Positions 29,050-37,617 of a stretch of 64,000 bases of DNA are shown here, one piece after another. Source of the stretch: Thermoflexus hugenholtzii JAD2 (GTDB lineage: Bacteria > Chloroflexota > UBA11872 > UBA12225); contig CAMDTO010000002.1 in the NCBI GenBank assembly GCA_945907765.1, positions 3,455 to 67,454 of the forward strand. The letters run 5' to 3'. Position 1 is the stretch's first letter; each line of letters opens with the position of its first letter. The position numbers and the translations under genes were made by a program. The notes under the pieces were generated by a model. It made no database searches. It saw only the letters and a list, made by a program, of their open reading frames with translations, and had not been told where the DNA came from.

Positions 29050-30264
29050 CTATTCGCTCGAGTATACCACCGCGGTCCTCCGAGTTCCGTCGCTGTCGAA
29101 GACATGGGCCTCGTCAGGATCGAACCCCAGATGGACCTGATCACCCCGGTTGAGGTCAGCCGTCGCCGTCGCTCGCGCGCGTACGACCACCGATACGTCT
29201 GATCCAACCTCATTCGTCATCGCCAACGCGCAGGTGACCAGGATCTGTCGGTCGGCAACCACCGGCTCTGTCGCCACGACCCACGCCTGCACCGTCCCGT
29301 CACCAGCGGGCATCAGCCGGACGGCCTCAGGTCGCCACCCCAGGATGATCCCGGTACCCACCTGAAGTTCCGGACGGACCCCCATCTGGACACGGACGAT
29401 CCCTGCTGGGGCCGACGTCCTGCCCGCCTCTCGCCACGGCGCGTCCTCGATCGGTGCCGGCGCGGTTGGATCAGGTTCGCTTCCCGGACCGGTCAACCGG
29501 ATGAACCCATCCTCGATCACCCCACGGATCAGGCTCATCGGTGGCGTGCCCAGGAATGTCGCCACGAACGTGTTCAACGGGTGTGCGTGCAGATCCCGGT
29601 AGCGCCCGATCTGCTCGATCTTCCCATCACGCATGACCGCGATCCGATCACCAATCGCCGTCGCCTCGGTTTGATCGTGGCTCACGTAGACTGCCGTCAC
29701 ACCGAACCGGCGCAGGAGACGCTTGATCTCCACACGTGTCTGGGCACGCAACCGGGCATCCAGATTGGAAAGGGGCTCATCAAACAGGAAGACGCGCGGT
29801 TCCCGGATGATGCAGCGCCCGATTGCCACCCGCTGCTGCTGGCCTCCAGACAGCTCACCCGGCTTCCGCTTCAGTAACCCCTCGAAATCCGCCCCCATCA
29901 CATCGCAAACCCCCTGAACCCGGTCACCCACCTCGGCATCCAGTCCCCTCAGCTTGTAGTAGAAGCCAAGGATTCCCTGAGATTGCATATGAGGATACAA
30001 GGCATAGTTCTGGAACACCATCCCCACGCCGCGTTCAGCGGGTTCCGTCTGGGTCACGTCAACGCCGTCATAGGCGATCGATCCGCCATGCAGGGGTTGA
30101 AGACCGGCAATGGCCCGGAGCAACGTGGTCTTGCCACACCCGGACGGTCCGAGAATTGCCACCGCTTCCCCATCAGCGATGTTCAAGGAGAGTCCGGCAA
30201 GGGCGGTATGCCCCTCAAGAAATACTTCCGCGCCGATGACATCAATCGAGGCCATTGCCTCCAC
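29050..30264 (-). CDS. Sugar-type ABC transporter ATP-binding protein (MalK/UgpC/MsiK-like) with a C-terminal regulatory domain
   Basis: Walker A GPSGCGKTT, Q-loop, signature LSGGQQQRVAI, Walker B FLFDEPLSNLD, H-loop, plus a TOBE-like C-terminus. Confidence 0.9.
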   Translation of the reverse strand: MEAMASIDVIGAEVFLEGHTALAGLSLNIADGEAVAILGPSGCGKTTLLRAIAGLQPLHGGSIAYDGVDVTQTEPAERGVGMVFQNYALYPHMQSQGILGFYYKLRGLDAEVGDRVQGVCDVMGADFEGLLKRKPGELSGGQQQRVAIGRCIIREPRVFLFDEPLSNLDARLRAQTRVEIKRLLRRFGVTAVYVSHDQTEATAIGDRIAVMRDGKIEQIGRYRDLHAHPLNTFVATFLGTPPMSLIRGVIEDGFIRLTGPGSEPDPTAPAPIEDAPWREAGRTSAPAGIVRVQMGVRPELQVGTGIILGWRPEAVRLMPAGDGTVQAWVVATEPVVADRQILVTCALAMTNEVGSDVSVVVRARATATADLNRGDQVHLGFDPDEAHVFDSDGTRRTAVVYSSE

Positions 30265-30308
30265 CTTCCCGCCCGCGACGCGACCACCCGGACAATTCCG
30301 GTAGGCGT

Positions 30309-31178
30309 CTATCCATTCAACCGGCGGGGGCGACCTCCAAGGCCACGCGCGTCATCCTCGTTGCGCTCATGTCGGGCCGGTGCTTCGCTATCCGGAACTG
30401 TCGGGCGGTAGCCCTCACCGACACTCCCACCGTCTTTGGGGAGGATCCGACCAGTCTCCCGGTAGCGTTCAATCACCGCAACTACCGCCCGTAAGTGCAT
30501 GTTTGCGAGGATGGCAGGCAGGGCGAAAGGCACCAGGATGGCGCCGAGTGGAGCCGCAATCGAGATCAGCACCGCGTTGATCACGAACATCCCGAGCGTC
30601 AACCCGAGGTTATCCATCGCTACAAAGACCGCATTCCGCAAGACAAGCGTCACTTTCTGATCAAGTTCGACCAGCAGCGGAAACAGGTACGGCTGGATGC
30701 ACCCCCACGCAAAGAGCCCGTAAGCAAAGAGGATCGCAAGCAGCCAGATTCCAGGCACTTCCGATGTCCAGTAGAACCAGACGTTGAGAACAAGCACGAC
30801 GCCGATGAACACATCGACGGTTGCAAGGATCCAAGCCCTCCGGAAGTGGGTGCGCACACCACGCCAGAACCGGGACATCTCAAAGAGGTCACCCCGCGCA
30901 AGTGGAGCGATTGCCGCATGCAGTCCCGCCAATGCCGGACCTGCGGCGACAAGTGAGAGAAATCCGAAAAACGTGGCCTGGATTGCAAATGCGACCATCG
31001 GGATCATCGCATCGCCATCCGAACCGGCGTCCTCTCCGATATATGTCACCACCCGGAAAGCCACCCACAGCGCCGGAATTGTCGGGATGAACCAGATCAG
31101 GCTTACGGCGATCATCCGTGGCAGTTCAAAGTAGAACTCCCCGACCGCCGCCCGGAAATGACGCCATGCGTCCCGCAC
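30309..31178 (-). CDS. Polytopic membrane protein, YesL/DUF624-like
   Basis: 289 aa with about 6 TM segments. The N-terminal FELPRMIAVSLIWFIPTIPAL pattern resembles DUF624 proteins found next to sugar ABC systems. Family call is tentative. Confidence 0.55.
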   Translation of the reverse strand: MRDAWRHFRAAVGEFYFELPRMIAVSLIWFIPTIPALWVAFRVVTYIGEDAGSDGDAMIPMVAFAIQATFFGFLSLVAAGPALAGLHAAIAPLARGDLFEMSRFWRGVRTHFRRAWILATVDVFIGVVLVLNVWFYWTSEVPGIWLLAILFAYGLFAWGCIQPYLFPLLVELDQKVTLVLRNAVFVAMDNLGLTLGMFVINAVLISIAAPLGAILVPFALPAILANMHLRAVVAVIERYRETGRILPKDGGSVGEGYRPTVPDSEAPARHERNEDDARGLGGRPRRLNG

Positions 31179-31343
31179 CGACGATGCCCCCTTGCGACCC
31201 GGATGGCGTCATATGCGGCCACCCGGAATGTCGTTCGTGTCAGAGAGGGCCTCGCATAAGACCCACCCGGACACACTCGACCCGGAACCCAAGGATACGC
31301 CCCCAACCTAGCACGCACCCCGGTGATCCTGGTCCCACGGTGG

Positions 31344-31357
31344 CTGACGCGCGTCAG
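31344..31357. repeat. Perfect 14-bp palindrome just downstream of the GHMP kinase stop
   Basis: CTGACGCGCGTCAG, 6 nt from the stop at 31363. Confidence 0.5.
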
Positions 31358-31362
31358 GTGGA

Positions 31363-32487
31363 TCAGGCGAGGTCCGGTTCGAGACGGACGCCTGACACCG
31401 GGGTCGGCGTAAACAGCCGCTTTGCCCCAGCCGCCAAAAGCGCCTCCCCCAAGCGTTCGGGGTCTGGATGCAGCGCAATGATCGTCCCACCATGGCCCGC
31501 ACCCGCCAACTTCGCGCCGTAGGCACCGGCATCAAGGGCGACGCCGATCAGGTGTTCGTTCGAGGGGCCTGAACCGCCAAGTGCCCTTTGGATTGCGTGG
31601 TTCTCATTCATGAGCGCCCCAAGTCGCGCCCACGATTCCTCGATCAATGCCCGCTTGCCTTCACGAGCGATTTCACCGATCCGGAGGTAGGCCTGCCGAA
31701 CTTCCGGATCGCCTTCAAGCCAGCGCTCACGGATGGGGCGGTGTACCGCACCCGAATGGTGGACGACACCCGTGTTCGCGAGAACCAGCGGGAGCCGGGG
31801 CAGATGCCCCATCCGCGAGGCCAACGGCTCGACTGTCGCGTAGACCATCGCTTCAGTCGACCGGTCGAACGCCTTGTCTCGGAAGTCCATGGAGTTCAGG
31901 CCACCGAACGTAGCCATGTAGTGGTCCTGAAATCCGCAGGTCACTCCCAGCGACCGCAACTCGATTTCGCGGGCAAGTTCAGCCGTCTCATAGGCGCCAA
32001 GGGTCTGTCCGAGATAGGTCGTGATCGCCTTGACCGTGGCGACGACCATTGCGGTCGAACCTGACATTCCGGCACCGAACGGTAGTTCACTCCAGCACTT
32101 CATGTGAACGTGCAGTGGCCAGATGCCAAGATGGCGTATCGCCGCCCGGAAGATGTCCGTGTGGGTCGAGGCAGGCGCAAGGTCTGCCACTTCATGGATC
32201 ACGACTGCTCCGTCGTCAGCCTCGAGAATGAGGTCTGACGCCGGTTCAATACTTGCGAAGGCTCGCATCGGGACAGTACATGACACCACGGTGCCCCCAT
32301 ACATGTCGGTCGGATTCCCGACGATGCCGCACCTGCCGGGGGCCGAGGCCACTACCCGCGACTGAGGCTTAACCTCTGCCGGCGCAGACCTGAGTGCGCG
32401 AAGCACACCCTCGGCCGCGTCAAGCCCCCGAACGGCAGTTTCGCCATCCACTCGCCCGACCGCTTCGCGTTGCCGAACCTGACCCAT
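31363..32487 (-). CDS. GHMP-family sugar kinase (glucuronokinase-like N-terminal motif)
   Basis: GRCGIVGNPTDMYGGTVVS (motif I-like) and LPFGAGMSGSTAMVVA (GHMP motif II, PxGxGxxSS). Confidence 0.8.
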   Translation of the reverse strand: MGQVRQREAVGRVDGETAVRGLDAAEGVLRALRSAPAEVKPQSRVVASAPGRCGIVGNPTDMYGGTVVSCTVPMRAFASIEPASDLILEADDGAVVIHEVADLAPASTHTDIFRAAIRHLGIWPLHVHMKCWSELPFGAGMSGSTAMVVATVKAITTYLGQTLGAYETAELAREIELRSLGVTCGFQDHYMATFGGLNSMDFRDKAFDRSTEAMVYATVEPLASRMGHLPRLPLVLANTGVVHHSGAVHRPIRERWLEGDPEVRQAYLRIGEIAREGKRALIEESWARLGALMNENHAIQRALGGSGPSNEHLIGVALDAGAYGAKLAGAGHGGTIIALHPDPERLGEALLAAGAKRLFTPTPVSGVRLEPDLA

Positions 32488-32591
32488 CTGTCTTCAACCC
32501 GTTCCTCGCGGGCGATGGTATCGCCTGCGAATGATGCCGTGGTGCAAGAACGGTCCGGACACGCCGGGGGGCGCGCCTATAATCCTCTGAG

Positions 32592-33677
32592 GTGACCATG
32601 CGTAATCCGGGAAGCAACGCACGCCCAGGCTCTTCCCGTCCCGGATCAGGCATCCCGACGACGGGGAAGCGAGGCGATTTGCCATTTGGGGCAATTGGGT
32701 CAGAAGACCGGCGGGCACGAACGCCAGCGTCGCCTACTTCCCCGCAGGTAAGACCCTCAGTCGGCTCAGCTACGCGTGAACCCGGTGGACGCACGGCCCC
32801 CAGGCCCGGAAATACTCCCCGCAGGAATCCATTTGCGGACAAAGGCACTCCCCCACCGCGTCTTCAGCAGGTCCTTGCGCGCGCAGGCGTCTCATCGCGC
32901 CGTGATGCCGAGGACTTGATCACTGCAGGTCGGGTTCAGGTCGACGGGGTTACCATCCGGGAACTCGGCACACGGGCTGATCCGGTACGCCACCAGATCA
33001 CCGTGGACGGACGGCCGATCAGCGTCGCGCCAGTCGCCAGATACTTTGCACTGAACAAACCTCGTGGTTACCTGTCCACAGTCGACGACCCGTTCGGACG
33101 GCCAACCGTGATGGAACTCGTGCCACCGGCGCCGGGTCTCTTCCCTGTCGGTCGTCTCGATGAGGAGAGTGAGGGTCTGCTTCTATTCACCACCGACGGC
33201 GAGTGGGCGCAACGCGTCACCCACCCCAAGTTCGGGTGTACGAAGGAATACGACGTCGAGGTGTACGGAACACCATCCCGCGAAACAATGGAGACCCTGC
33301 GTTCACCACTCGAGATCGGTCCGGATGACCGGTCAACCGGTGCCGAAGTTGATGTGATCGCCAGTACGGGACGCAACACTCGTTTGCGCATCATCCTCCA
33401 TGAGGGAAGAAACCGTCAGATCCGTCGCATGTTCGAGGCCGTCGGCCTGAGTGTGGTCAGCCTGGTCCGTGTGCGCGTCGGCGGTGTGCGCATCGGGACG
33501 CTGCCTGTCGGACAATGGCGCACGCTCACGTCAAATGAGGTTGAATCGGTTGCGACCACCCCCGTGCCCCGGCGTGGGAAGGCAACGACGTCGCGACGCC
33601 GTCCTCCCGGTGCACTACGAACCATCGCCGCACCTCCGGATCGCCGACCGGCGTGGGGTGAACGAAGGCCATCGTGA
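32592..33677 (+). CDS. rluB: Pseudouridine synthase, RsuA/RluB family, with Arg/Pro-rich disordered termini
   Basis: S4 domain RLQQVLARAGVSSRRDAEDLITAGRV. Catalytic GRLDEESEGLLLFTTDG. HEGRNRQIRRMFE. Confidence 0.85.
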   Translation: MTMRNPGSNARPGSSRPGSGIPTTGKRGDLPFGAIGSEDRRARTPASPTSPQVRPSVGSATREPGGRTAPRPGNTPRRNPFADKGTPPPRLQQVLARAGVSSRRDAEDLITAGRVQVDGVTIRELGTRADPVRHQITVDGRPISVAPVARYFALNKPRGYLSTVDDPFGRPTVMELVPPAPGLFPVGRLDEESEGLLLFTTDGEWAQRVTHPKFGCTKEYDVEVYGTPSRETMETLRSPLEIGPDDRSTGAEVDVIASTGRNTRLRIILHEGRNRQIRRMFEAVGLSVVSLVRVRVGGVRIGTLPVGQWRTLTSNEVESVATTPVPRRGKATTSRRRPPGALRTIAAPPDRRPAWGERRPS

Positions 33678-34390
33678 ACGCCCATCTTGTAATCGCCATC
33701 GACGGCCCGGCTGGTGCCGGGAAATCGGTTTTCGGAGCCGCTTTGGCACGTGCGCTTCAGTCTCTGTGCATCGATAGCGGCATCGTATACCGAGCGGTGA
33801 CATGGATTGCCCTTGCGCACGGCCTCGACCCGGAGGACGACGCCACACTCAGTCCAGTGGCCTCGTCGATGAACCTCCAGATCGTCCCACCGACGGTCCA
33901 GGATGGCAGGCAGTTCACCATCCTCATTGACAGTCAGGACGTCACGTGGGGACTCCGCACGCCGGAAATCGACCGGACGGTGTCGCGCCCCTCCGCACTG
34001 CCAGGCGTGCGACGTGCCGTCACCGAACAACTGCGTCACCTTGCGCGGGACACCCGGGTCGTCATGGTCGGACGCGACATCGGAACCGTGGTTCTGCCGG
34101 ATGCTGACGTCAAGTTCTACGTCACTGCCAATCCTGAAACGCGCGCGCGCCGACGCGCCGACGAACTCCAAGCCCGAGGCCAGGAGGCCGACGTCGCAGA
34201 TATCCTGCGAAGCATCATTGAACGCGATACGCGGGACTCCGGGCGGGCAACCGCACCACTTCGCCCCGCGCACGATGCCGTCCATTTAGAAACTGACAAC
34301 CTGACGATCGATGCCGAGGTTGCCTTCGCCCTTGATGTAGTGCAACGCTCCCTACGTTCCACGACTACGCTGGAGACCAAAGATGTCTAG
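33674..34390 (+). CDS. cmk: Cytidylate kinase
   Basis: P-loop IAIDGPAGAGKS, GRDIGTVVLPDA, RD..D..R motifs. GTG start overlaps the rluB stop (GTGA). Confidence 0.9.
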   Translation: MNAHLVIAIDGPAGAGKSVFGAALARALQSLCIDSGIVYRAVTWIALAHGLDPEDDATLSPVASSMNLQIVPPTVQDGRQFTILIDSQDVTWGLRTPEIDRTVSRPSALPGVRRAVTEQLRHLARDTRVVMVGRDIGTVVLPDADVKFYVTANPETRARRRADELQARGQEADVADILRSIIERDTRDSGRATAPLRPAHDAVHLETDNLTIDAEVAFALDVVQRSLRSTTTLETKDV

Positions 34391-35120
34391 ATCCGAACCT
34401 AGATCCATGGGCTCCGAACCAGACAGTCCACCACCCCAATCCGGGAACGTCCCGGCAGGCATCGTTCCCAAAGCCCGAGGCTTCCGCGACGGCGACCCAT
34501 TCTTCGTCTTTTCGCAGTACGCCGTCGGTGGGATTCTCCGCGCCGCGTCACAGATTGTCCTGGAAGACCTCAATCGATGTCCCACGCCTGACAAGGGCCC
34601 ATTGATCCTGGCAAGCAGCCACCTCGCCTACGCCGACATCCCGCTACTCGGTGCCTTCATGCCTCGGCCCCCAATCTTCTTCTCGAAGTCTGAAGTGGAA
34701 AGCTGGCCGGTCCTTGGTGCCGTTGGCGCGCGCTACGGAACGATTTACGTCCGTCGGGGAGAAGCCGACCGGCAGGCAATCCGGGACGCACTCGCTTGCC
34801 TGGCAGCGCGTCAGATGGTCACGATTTTTCCTGAAGGTCATCGCAACAAGGGACGCGGGTTGCTTCAGGCGCAACCGGGAATCAGCTTGATGGCCCTGCG
34901 TGGTGGCGCGTCGGTGTGGCCAGTCGCCATCGACGGCAGTCACCTGATCTTCAGTCGGCTGCGCCCCACGGTCTCGATCCGCGGTGGTGAACCGTTCAAC
35001 CCACGCGATCTGCTTGGGTCAGACGGCAAGACCCTCCGCGACCATCAGGAACTCGCCAACATCATCATGCGCCACATCCGGGATTTGCTGCCGGCAAGTG
35101 CACACGGCGCGTATGCCTGA
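34383..35120 (+). CDS. 1-acyl-sn-glycerol-3-phosphate acyltransferase-like (PlsC family)
   Basis: HX4D motif in ASSHLAYADIPLLG, and the FPEGHR motif. Confidence 0.85.
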   Translation: MSRSEPRSMGSEPDSPPPQSGNVPAGIVPKARGFRDGDPFFVFSQYAVGGILRAASQIVLEDLNRCPTPDKGPLILASSHLAYADIPLLGAFMPRPPIFFSKSEVESWPVLGAVGARYGTIYVRRGEADRQAIRDALACLAARQMVTIFPEGHRNKGRGLLQAQPGISLMALRGGASVWPVAIDGSHLIFSRLRPTVSIRGGEPFNPRDLLGSDGKTLRDHQELANIIMRHIRDLLPASAHGAYA

Positions 35121-35171
35121 CGGGCAGATCGATTCCGAACCTCAACGGGCGATGCTTGGCGTCACACGAGA

Positions 35172-35200
35172 ATGCCCGGCAACGGAACGTTACCGGGCAT
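35172..35200. terminator. Hairpin between convergent plsC-like and luxR-like genes (possible bidirectional terminator)
   Basis: ATGCCCGG-C-AACG-gaa-CGTT-A-CCGGGCAT. The outer stem is a perfect 8 bp and the inner stem is 4 bp. There is no U-tract on either side. Confidence 0.45.
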
Positions 35201-35275
35201 CATGAGTGCGATTGTCAACGTGTCCGGCGAACCGTGCCCACTTGGGCTACACACGCCGAATTGGAAAAATTGGGC

Positions 35276-35539
35276 TTAGAGCCAACCCTTGCGAAGCGCG
35301 CTGGCGAGGGCCTGTTCGGTGGTGCGCGCTGCCAACTTTGCGTGGATCACGCGAATGTGGTTGTGAATCGTCCCAACGCTGATGCCCCACTCAACCGCCA
35401 GTTCGGCGCGGGTGGAACCCTCGGCGAGGGCGGAAAGCAACTGACGTTCGCGGGGGCTAAGCGGTGATGGCTGGGTAACGGTTGCTGCTGCTGACTTTCC
35501 CACGTGCTTCTTCTCCTCAGAAGGAGCGTTCGCAGACAT
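35276..35539 (-). CDS. GerE/LuxR-type HTH solo (87 aa, DNA-binding domain only)
   Basis: LSPRERQLLSALAEGSTRAELAVEWGISVGTIHNHIRVIHAKL is a canonical LuxR C-terminal HTH. Confidence 0.8.
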   Translation of the reverse strand: MSANAPSEEKKHVGKSAAATVTQPSPLSPRERQLLSALAEGSTRAELAVEWGISVGTIHNHIRVIHAKLAARTTEQALASALRKGWL

Positions 35540-35767
35540 TCTCCTGCGCCACGCTTTTTAAGTGTAGCATGATCTGCGCATGCTTGCCCAACATTTTTTC
35601 GCCCGCTGAACCAATTGGTAGTCAATCTGTAACCGGTTCGGCACATAATACCTGCCACACGCGTGCAACTCCGCCATCATCGCGGCTACCGGTACTGCGT
35701 AGTGGAGAATCTGCAACCGACGCGCAACCCATGAGTGCCGCACATCGCGGCCACGCAACGCATCAAC

Positions 35768-35796
35768 TTGCGGACCTGAAACATATGTTCTATTCT
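35768..35796 (+). promoter_or_regulatory. Putative promoter for the 35816 ORF
   Basis: TTGCGG, 17-nt spacer, TATTCT. An AGGGGGA Shine-Dalgarno lies 7 nt before the ATG at 35816. Confidence 0.35.
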
Positions 35797-35815
35797 TGGG
35801 CAAGGGGGAAACACA

Positions 35816-36625
35816 ATGCAGCGAGAGTTCATCATCACGCGCCTTGGCAAGGAGTACGTCCTGTACGCCGGGCTGCTCGATGCGGCTCACCAGGCCGGTC
35901 TCCGCCAGATCCGAACCCAGTTGGTCCAGGCACCTGGGCCGCAAAACGGGTTCGTAGCCATCTGCCACGCCGAAGTCGTGACCGAACGGGGAACCTACAC
36001 GGGACTGGGTGACGCCGACCCCGAAAACACCACCCGCGCCATGGCATCGGCATTAATCCGACTTGCCGAGATACGGGCCAAGGCGCGTGCCCTCGGCGAC
36101 GCCATAAACGTGGCGATGACCGCCTTTGATGAACTCGGTGACACAGTCCCCGATGCGTTGCCACCCGTCACCCAACTCACCGCCCCACCTCGCTCACCAG
36201 CATCTGCCCCCCTTGGCCCATTGCGTACCGACACAATTTCAGTGCCAGAACCGCAACCGCGCAGCTACCAGACCGATCCCGCCCATCCATTCCCGCCGGT
36301 GCCTCTGGCCTCGATGCCGACCCAAGCCGAAGGGCGACCCTCCGGAAGGCCTCGGCCACCCGGAACAGGCCGACCGAGTGGGACGTCCACATCCAACCCC
36401 GATCCATCAACCGCTTCGTCCCGCCCGGCAAACCGAGGGACCGAAGTCGCACCGCCACCGACCCAGAACCAACTCGATGCAATTGACCGCATGGCGCGCG
36501 CCCTTGGACGACAGGTCAACACCGAAGGATTGACCCGTGCAATGGCGTCCGAATTGATCACACGTTTCAGTGAGGAACGTTATCCGGCGCGCCGCGGGAC
36601 GACACCTCCCGACGACGAAGTGTGA
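35816..36625 (+). CDS. Hypothetical two-domain protein: about 110-aa N-terminal globular domain, about 110-aa Pro-rich linker, about 45-aa C-terminal helical domain
   Basis: Good Shine-Dalgarno and promoter, and coding-like codon usage. N-terminus KEYVLYAGLLDAAHQAGL...TGLGDADPENT...IRLAEIRAKARALGDAINV. C-terminus NQLDAIDRMARALGRQVNTEGLTRAMASELITRF. Confidence 0.6.
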   Translation: MQREFIITRLGKEYVLYAGLLDAAHQAGLRQIRTQLVQAPGPQNGFVAICHAEVVTERGTYTGLGDADPENTTRAMASALIRLAEIRAKARALGDAINVAMTAFDELGDTVPDALPPVTQLTAPPRSPASAPLGPLRTDTISVPEPQPRSYQTDPAHPFPPVPLASMPTQAEGRPSGRPRPPGTGRPSGTSTSNPDPSTASSRPANRGTEVAPPPTQNQLDAIDRMARALGRQVNTEGLTRAMASELITRFSEERYPARRGTTPPDDEV

Positions 36626-36681
36626 AGCCTGCACCACGTTCCGGCTCAATGGCGATCGATTGGGAAAGCCCGGAACCCTCG

Positions 36682-37617
36682 TCAAGGCTTGACCGGAAAG
36701 TGGACACCCTGGTCGAGGTCGGCAGTCCGCACGCGCACGTCACCGTCATGGACTACGTGGAGCGTCCCGGAATGATCAAGAACCGTCAGCGCACCAGACC
36801 CGTCGATCCCGACTAACTCTCCGGCAATTGGTCGTCGGACTGCGCTCGATCCTTCGACAGGAAACGCCACGACGACCGGCCGTTTTCGCCATGCAAGACG
36901 GGCCTCATACCGTCGCGTCGTCTCGATCCACCCCGTATCTGAACACATCGGACCGACAGAATCCAACGCCCACAACAAGTCGACAATCAGGGCCTCCATA
37001 GACACTGGTCCGCCAAGTTCACCCGAGAGCGATGCCGGCGCCAGAGTTGCCCTATCCATCATCTCTAATCGGGATACCGGTACATTCGCGTTGATACCGA
37101 TACCTACAATTGCGTGTCGCATCACTGGCGTCCCGTCGGGGTCGTTCCCCAATGCGGGTTCAATCAGGATTCCACCGAGTTTCCGCACGGTTCCGAAATC
37201 ACCAATGGCGCAAGTGACGATGTCGTTCGGCCACTTGACTGCCGTCACAAGTCCAGTAGCCGAGGTGATGGCGTTGCCGACCGCAACGGCGACCGCAATC
37301 GCAATTCGCCCTATCCGTTCAGGCGCCACCAACTGCAGTCGCAGGATGACGGACATTGCGATCGATCCACCCGGCGGAGACTGCCATCGCGCTTTGCCTC
37401 GGCGGCCACGCCCCGCCGTCTGCGCATCTGCAACCACGGTCGTGCCATGGGACGCACCTGTGCGCGCCATTTCCGAGGCCACATCATTCGTAGATCCAGC
37501 GACCGGCAGGTAGACCAGAGGCACGCCCACCGACCCGCCAGCCTGTGAAAGGCGAGCCCGGATCAGTGCGTGATCCAGCGGTTCACCGGTCATGGTCGCG
37601 GAATCTGCCACGTCCAT
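36682..37617 (-). CDS. birA: Biotin--[acetyl-CoA-carboxylase] ligase (no N-terminal HTH)
   Basis: GRGRRGKARWQSPPGGSIAMS is the BirA biotin-binding loop (GRGRxGRxW). KWPNDIV is also present. Confidence 0.9.
   Translation of the reverse strand: MDVADSATMTGEPLDHALIRARLSQAGGSVGVPLVYLPVAGSTNDVASEMARTGASHGTTVVADAQTAGRGRRGKARWQSPPGGSIAMSVILRLQLVAPERIGRIAIAVAVAVGNAITSATGLVTAVKWPNDIVTCAIGDFGTVRKLGGILIEPALGNDPDGTPVMRHAIVGIGINANVPVSRLEMMDRATLAPASLSGELGGPVSMEALIVDLLWALDSVGPMCSDTGWIETTRRYEARLAWRKRPVVVAFPVEGSSAVRRPIAGELVGIDGSGALTVLDHSGTLHVVHDGDVRVRTADLDQGVHFPVKP

Noticed and set aside
33416-34285. 289-aa minus-strand ORF across the rluB/cmk junction.
   Set aside because: It is antisense to two well-supported genes, has no motifs, and has an Arg/Gly-rich composition.
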